Virus record (IMG/VR): IMGVR_UViG_3300020125_000277
Location: 1-35,182 of that record
DNA: 35,182 nucleotides
DNA from: a virus
Reading direction: 5' to 3' (one strand)
A model generated the notes under the pieces. The model was not told the DNA's origin. It ran no database searches and saw only the letters and a list, made by a program, of their open reading frames with translations. The position numbers and the translations under genes are program-made. Of the stretch, positions 31,810 through 35,182 are shown piece by piece. Numbering within the stretch: the stretch's first letter is position 1; every line of letters starts with the position of its first letter.

Positions 31810-31831
31810 CAGTAGTGTATTTGTGAGCTTT

Positions 31832-32803
31832 TCACTTTATGATGAACCCGCGCTCTTTTGCTTGCATGACAAGTTTATTTACATAAGGCCTTGACCAGCC
31901 CATTTCTACAGCAATTTCTTTCTGCGACATATTGAGTTGAATTCGTTCAACAACGATCTCTATGTTCGTTTTTTCCATAGACTGAAATTCCCAACCAATC
32001 GGTGTCAGAGTCGCTTCAAACGATAAAGCATCCTTTCCAGCAAAATTTCTGTTCTTTTGGTAAGCAATTTTGAACTTCTTTGAGTTCATGACATCGCTTT
32101 CTAATGACTCACTGTTCAAATCTTGTAAAGATATTGCCGTGTCAGCAGCATCTAACATCCTAGAAGTTCCTCTATAACCATTCTTTTCTTTGCCTGCATG
32201 GTGAACAATAATTACAGTAGTTCCCCTAGAACGTAGTTTTACTATCCAGTCTTGAACTATTTTCCATTCTACGGATTTGTTTTCATCGATGGCTGATAAC
32301 ATAGAAAGATTGTCTAAAATTATTACATTTATATTGTTTTCTTCTATATGTTTGTCATAGAACGCTTGTCCCTCAAGGTCAGAAATCTTTGGAAGAAAAT
32401 ACGGAAGAACCTTATCTGGAGTAAACATCATGAAGTTTTCTGGAAATTGTAGCTCACCTTGTTGTCTAGCGATTTGCATTATTCTGGAATGCATCTGACC
32501 ATACGGCATCTCAGCATCTACATATAGAACTCTCTTCGCTTTGTTAGACTTATAATTCAGAAATTTTCCGCCACTTGCTATGCAATAAGCAATATTAAGA
32601 GTAAACAACGTTTTTCCAACGCCTGTTGCAGCATAGATGAATGTGATTGATGGGTCTATTATACAAGGGTAAAGGATATGTTCTGTTGGCTTTGGAATAT
32701 CTTTCTTTATCTGTTCATAATTTAATGGTTTTATTGATGGTGATATAAAATTCTTAACTTCTCCAAATACTTCTTCTTCTGAAATTAATGTTTCCTTAAA
32801 CAT
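31832..32803 (-). CDS. RepA/DnaB-like RecA-fold ATPase (AAA_25-type helicase/initiator) with a C-terminal HTH (323 aa)
   Basis: Walker A AATGVGKT, Walker B VIILDNLS, and VHHAGKEKNGYRGTSRMLDAADT, typical of RepA-like helicases. The C-terminal MSQKEIAVEMGWSRPYVNKLV is an HTH. Confidence 0.75.
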   Translation of the reverse strand: MFKETLISEEEVFGEVKNFISPSIKPLNYEQIKKDIPKPTEHILYPCIIDPSITFIYAATGVGKTLFTLNIAYCIASGGKFLNYKSNKAKRVLYVDAEMPYGQMHSRIMQIARQQGELQFPENFMMFTPDKVLPYFLPKISDLEGQAFYDKHIEENNINVIILDNLSMLSAIDENKSVEWKIVQDWIVKLRSRGTTVIIVHHAGKEKNGYRGTSRMLDAADTAISLQDLNSESLESDVMNSKKFKIAYQKNRNFAGKDALSFEATLTPIGWEFQSMEKTNIEIVVERIQLNMSQKEIAVEMGWSRPYVNKLVMQAKERGFIIK

Positions 32804-32805
32804 AA

Positions 32806-33153
32806 TTAGCTCCTATTTAATCTAAAAGATTCTTGAGAATAAAGTGGTGAAACATAGTGAATATAAGCTGCTCCATTGCGAAGAAGTAACTTGATCAGAT
32901 CCAACTTATTTTCATATTCTATTATTCCGGTGTCATGGACGAGAATTGCTGTATCTTTGACAGGCCATTTATATTGTTTATGGCATTCATATGGAGGCAA
33001 GCATAACAAATCATGAATTAATGACTTGCAATACTTTTTATCTTCTAGATCTTTTTTTGATTCTTCCCAAGAGCTGTCACCAATATAAAGAAATATCACT
33101 TTAGAATTGGTCATTTGTCCAGAGAAAGGTAGATTTTTAAGTAATCTTGACAT
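32806..33153 (-). CDS. Hypothetical replication-module protein (115 aa)
   Basis: ORF track entry, 2 nt upstream of the helicase gene. No convincing motif. Confidence 0.55.
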   Translation of the reverse strand: MSRLLKNLPFSGQMTNSKVIFLYIGDSSWEESKKDLEDKKYCKSLIHDLLCLPPYECHKQYKWPVKDTAILVHDTGIIEYENKLDLIKLLLRNGAAYIHYVSPLYSQESFRLNRS

Positions 33154-33176
33154 ATAATTTTCCCGTTTATAAAAGT

Positions 33177-33305
33177 CTATTCCAAGTCACCCATAACCTC
33201 CATTAGCTTCCCCATCAAACCATTGAACTCATCTTCGCTATTTGGTATAGCGCCATACTGACATAGCAATTTCTTTAAAAAATTGTATAATTGATATCGG
33301 TTCAT
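33177..33305 (-). CDS. Hypothetical small protein (42 aa, MNRYQLYNFLKKLLCQYGAIPNSEDEFNGLMGKLMEVMGDLE)
   Basis: Under 60 aa. GGGAG lies 7 nt upstream of ATG 33305. Fills the gap between the repressor and the 115-aa gene. Confidence 0.45.
   Translation of the reverse strand: MNRYQLYNFLKKLLCQYGAIPNSEDEFNGLMGKLMEVMGDLE
33263..33291 (+). promoter_or_regulatory. Candidate promoter of an antisense RNA
   Basis: Perfect TATAAT at 33286-33291. A weak -35, ATAGCA (33263-33268), sits at 17-nt spacing. Confidence 0.3.
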
Positions 33306-33358
33306 TAAGTAACTCCCTAAGTTAATGATGGCTTGGCCTCTAACGAGGCCCTTTTTTT
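33298..33358 (+). ncRNA. Candidate ~60-nt antisense RNA (sar/OOP-like)
   Basis: Bounded by the TATAAT above and the plus-oriented intrinsic terminator at 33335-33358. Complementary to the SD and start of the 42-aa ORF and to the 3' end of the repressor gene. Confidence 0.35.
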
Positions 33359-33529
33359 CAAGAACTCCTCTAATTCTAATATCTTAATCAAATAATCACA
33401 CGCTGGTTTCTTCCATCCATTCTCCCAATCTGACACGGTTGACTGGGCACAGCCTAAAAGCATAGCAAATGTCCTCTGGCTATACTGAAGATCCTTTCTG
33501 ATCAACAATATTCTTTTTCCTATTTCCAT
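33317..33529 (-). CDS. XRE-family (HTH_3) repressor-like regulator (70 aa)
   Basis: LQYSQRTFAMLLGCAQSTVSDWENG is a canonical XRE HTH. Start re-called to ATG 33529, with GGAG 5 nt upstream. Divergent from the early promoter. Confidence 0.8.
   Translation of the reverse strand: MEIGKRILLIRKDLQYSQRTFAMLLGCAQSTVSDWENGWKKPACDYLIKILELEEFLKKRASLEAKPSLT
33335..33358 (+). terminator. Textbook intrinsic terminator oriented for the plus strand, inside the minus-strand repressor gene
   Basis: GGCCTC-taac-GAGGCC, then c + ttttttt (33352-33358). On the minus strand no U-tract follows the hairpin. Confidence 0.7.
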
Positions 33530-33555
33530 AACATCTCCAAAATATTTCAAAAATA

Positions 33556-33584
33556 ATTGTATCACCCTATTGACATGATCGCAA
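33556..33584 (-). promoter_or_regulatory. Candidate promoter of the repressor/replication operon
   Basis: On the minus strand: TTGCGA (33584-33579), 17-nt spacer, TACAAT (33561-33556). The -35 lies inside the operator palindrome. Confidence 0.4.
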
Positions 33585-33597
33585 TAGCGATTATAAT
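33570..33597 (+). promoter_or_regulatory. Consensus sigma70 early promoter (rightward; the operon wraps through the junction to 2267)
   Basis: TTGACA (33570-33575), 16-nt spacer, TATAAT (33592-33597). Confidence 0.75.
33578..33591. promoter_or_regulatory. Operator-like palindrome ATCGC-aata-GCGAT in the promoter spacer
   Basis: Perfect 5-bp inverted arms. Overlaps the spacer of the plus promoter and the -35 of the minus promoter. Confidence 0.55.
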
Positions 33598-33623
33598 GGG
33601 CACTGTACTAACTAACTTGCGAG

Positions 33624-33824
33624 ATGGAACTTATGAAAGAAAAACACGTTATTGTTCGTTGTTTAAAAGAACTAAAGCTGAACATACTAGCAGACGATGC
33701 ACACACACAAACAAACTGGAATGTACTCGAAAAATACGCGAAAATCGCAATCATCAAAGCACTAAAAGCAAAACGTTTCGATATCATAGAATCACTAGAA
33801 TTCGCAGGACTCATTTACGTCTAG
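33624..33824 (+). CDS. Hypothetical first early protein (66 aa)
   Basis: ORF track entry. First ATG downstream of the early promoter. The overlapping 110-aa TTG ORF was rejected. Confidence 0.55.
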   Translation: MELMKEKHVIVRCLKELKLNILADDAHTQTNWNVLEKYAKIAIIKALKAKRFDIIESLEFAGLIYV

Positions 33825-33833
33825 GAGGCAATC

Positions 33834-34169
33834 ATGAAAATAGTCAACCCAATTTTCCGAACAAAAGAAATATATCAAACAATAGATAGCATATTTGAAT
33901 TTAAAAACTATAGTTTTAGCAGTTTTACGGAGAGTGATAAGCGGTATCTAGCAGGAAAATTATTAAGAATAGACAATTCAAACGATTGGCTAGATACCCT
34001 ATCCATTAACTCTATAAACGATAAAATAGAACACATTATGAATTGCTCATCTCAAGAAGCAAAAAATGATCTATCAGAATCATTGCAATCAATAATAGTA
34101 AAACATTACGAAGAAACTATAGAAAAATTAGTACAAGAAAGATTCGAAGAACGAATTAAAAGGAAATAA
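33834..34169 (+). CDS. Hypothetical early protein (111 aa)
   Basis: AGGAGG lies upstream of ATG 33834. Confidence 0.65.
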   Translation: MKIVNPIFRTKEIYQTIDSIFEFKNYSFSSFTESDKRYLAGKLLRIDNSNDWLDTLSINSINDKIEHIMNCSSQEAKNDLSESLQSIIVKHYEETIEKLVQERFEERIKRK

Positions 34170-34171
34170 CA

Positions 34172-34258
34172 ATGAACTACATATCATGGACGATATCACT
34201 ACTTATGTTATTTATAGCAGTTTACATATACTTATTAATACTATCATCAATTATCTAA
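34172..34258 (+). CDS. Possible membrane micro-protein (28 aa, MNYISWTISLLMLFIAVYIYLLILSSII)
   Basis: The ATG lies 2 nt after the upstream stop. Entirely hydrophobic. No clear SD. Confidence 0.3.
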   Translation: MNYISWTISLLMLFIAVYIYLLILSSII

Positions 34259-34268
34259 GGAGCAACAT

Positions 34269-35141
34269 ATGAGTCTCAGAGGAAAAAAACCAACAACAAC
34301 CGAGAAACGCTTAAAGGCCCTATTCTACGGCGCAGCAGGAAGCGGAAAATCAACAGCGGCAATTAACTTTCCAAAGCCCTACATCATCGACACCGAACGC
34401 GGTGTCGAGCAAGACCAGTACGTCACCTTGATAGACAAAGTTGGAGGAGCGGTCTTCCAAACAGGTGACTTTGATGAGTTACTACAAGAAGTACGTGCAC
34501 TCTTAACCACCAAGCACGACTATAAGACGCTGGTTATAGACCCCCTCACCGTGATCTACAACGACTTAGTAGAGAAGTCAGCCAAGGAGCTCGCTAATAA
34601 GAAAGATCCTGAAGGCACTTCCTTTGGTAGGCACTATGCGATTGCTAACAAGAAGATTAACCACCTACTACGGCTACTAACCCGTCTAGACATGAACGTC
34701 ATCATCACCAGTCATGCAAAAAACGAATACGGCGACAACATGTCAGTCATAGGACAAACCTTCGACTGCTACAAGAAACTAGACTATTTATTCGACCTAG
34801 TATTCGAGATCCAGAAACGCGGAAAGACAAGACATGCCATGGTAAAGAAAACCCGTATAGAAGCCTTCCCCGACGGCGACAGCTTCCAATTCTCCTATGC
34901 TGAAGTAGCAAACAGATACGGTAAATCAATCCTAGAAAAAGACGCTGTTGCTGAATCCCTCGCCACTACCGACCAAATCACCGAACTCACCCGTTTGGTC
35001 GACCTTCTTAAATATCCGGAAGAAAACGTACAAAAATGGCTCGACAAATCTAACAGCGAAACCATCCAAGAAATGACCACCGATCAAATACAAAAATGCA
35101 TAGATCTCCTAAAATCAAAGATTACCGGAGAAACAGAATGA
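34269..35141 (+). CDS. AAA_24 / Sak4-like RecA-fold recombination ATPase (290 aa)
   Basis: KALFYGAAGSGKSTAAINFPKPYIIDTERG (Walker A plus the typical ..p.~iD.E.G) and LVIDPLT (Walker B). AAGGAG SD. Confidence 0.8.
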   Translation: MSLRGKKPTTTEKRLKALFYGAAGSGKSTAAINFPKPYIIDTERGVEQDQYVTLIDKVGGAVFQTGDFDELLQEVRALLTTKHDYKTLVIDPLTVIYNDLVEKSAKELANKKDPEGTSFGRHYAIANKKINHLLRLLTRLDMNVIITSHAKNEYGDNMSVIGQTFDCYKKLDYLFDLVFEIQKRGKTRHAMVKKTRIEAFPDGDSFQFSYAEVANRYGKSILEKDAVAESLATTDQITELTRLVDLLKYPEENVQKWLDKSNSETIQEMTTDQIQKCIDLLKSKITGETE

Positions 35142-35182
35142 ACGACCTAATCAGAATACTAGACAGCCTCTGCAGAAAAAGC
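35056..35182. repeat. Terminal direct repeat, copy 2. It holds the 3' end of the 290-aa ATPase gene and a truncated second copy of the 83..253 gene, starting at 35138.
   Basis: Identical to 1-127. The ATGA stop/start overlap at 35138-35141 corresponds to 83-86. Confidence 0.9.

Noticed and set aside
33335-33358. Reading this hairpin as the terminator of the XRE gene
   Set aside because: The U-tract follows the hairpin only on the plus strand. On the minus strand the hairpin lies inside the coding sequence and is followed by aagccatc.
33557-33889. Tracked 110-aa plus-strand ORF
   Set aside because: Its TTG start sits inside the promoter region. It overlaps two better-supported ORFs (33624..33824 and 33834..34169) out of frame and has an arbitrary basic composition.
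1-35182. Search by eye for tRNA genes, an integrase, a reverse transcriptase/DGR, or toxin-antitoxin pairs
   Set aside because: I noticed no T-loop-like GGTTCGAATCC motif in the few non-coding gaps, and no ORF with recombinase or RT motifs. I cannot exclude divergent examples without tRNAscan or HMM searches.

Overview
This window is a complete, circularly closing genome of an AT-rich tailed phage that looks podovirus-like. Bases 1-127 are identical to 35056-35182, so the unique length is 35,055 bp. The genes at 34269..35141 and 83..253 span an artificial junction.

Layout:
(i) A long minus-strand late operon runs 26112->2284 with T7-like structural order: portal, scaffold, major capsid, gp11-like adaptor, gp12-like nozzle, four internal/ejection proteins, a Gly-rich fiber, large terminase, a second 755-aa fiber, three tandem C1q/TNF-like proteins. 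It is headed by unusual accessory genes: a signal-peptide protein, a signal-peptide SHSQG lipase-like hydrolase, a very cationic 62-aa protein and a Cys/His hydrolase-like protein.
(ii) A minus-strand control/replication/lysis operon runs 33529->30196: XRE repressor, RepA/DnaB-like ATPase with a C-terminal HTH, a GTTAAC iteron origin, VRR-NUC nuclease and a GH24 lysozyme.
(iii) Two plus-strand early operons start at perfect-consensus sigma70 promoters that carry palindromes in their spacers. One starts at 33570 and wraps to the terminator at 2256-2276. The other starts at 26203 and ends at 30128.

I saw no RNA or DNA polymerase, integrase, tRNA, CRISPR array or reverse transcriptase.

The most unusual signal is two paralogous two-gene cassettes (255..796 and 1293..1786). 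In each, a small conserved protein is translationally coupled to an ORF built almost entirely from a near-perfect hexanucleotide tandem array (28 x AGCNGG; 34 x NNCGGT) encoding dipeptide repeats, and the reading frame is unresolved. Other leads:
- a candidate sar/OOP-like antisense RNA at the repressor/replication junction
- a possible heterotrimeric C1q-like receptor-binding tip
- a periplasmic lipase pair that might serve in lysis
- a Lar-like and a DUF2829 (Tad2-like) candidate anti-defence gene

The supplied ORF track only lists ORFs of 60 aa or more and uses alternative start codons. I added many smaller, tightly coupled ORFs and re-called several starts from Shine-Dalgarno evidence. All functional calls rest on motif recognition by eye, not on searches.
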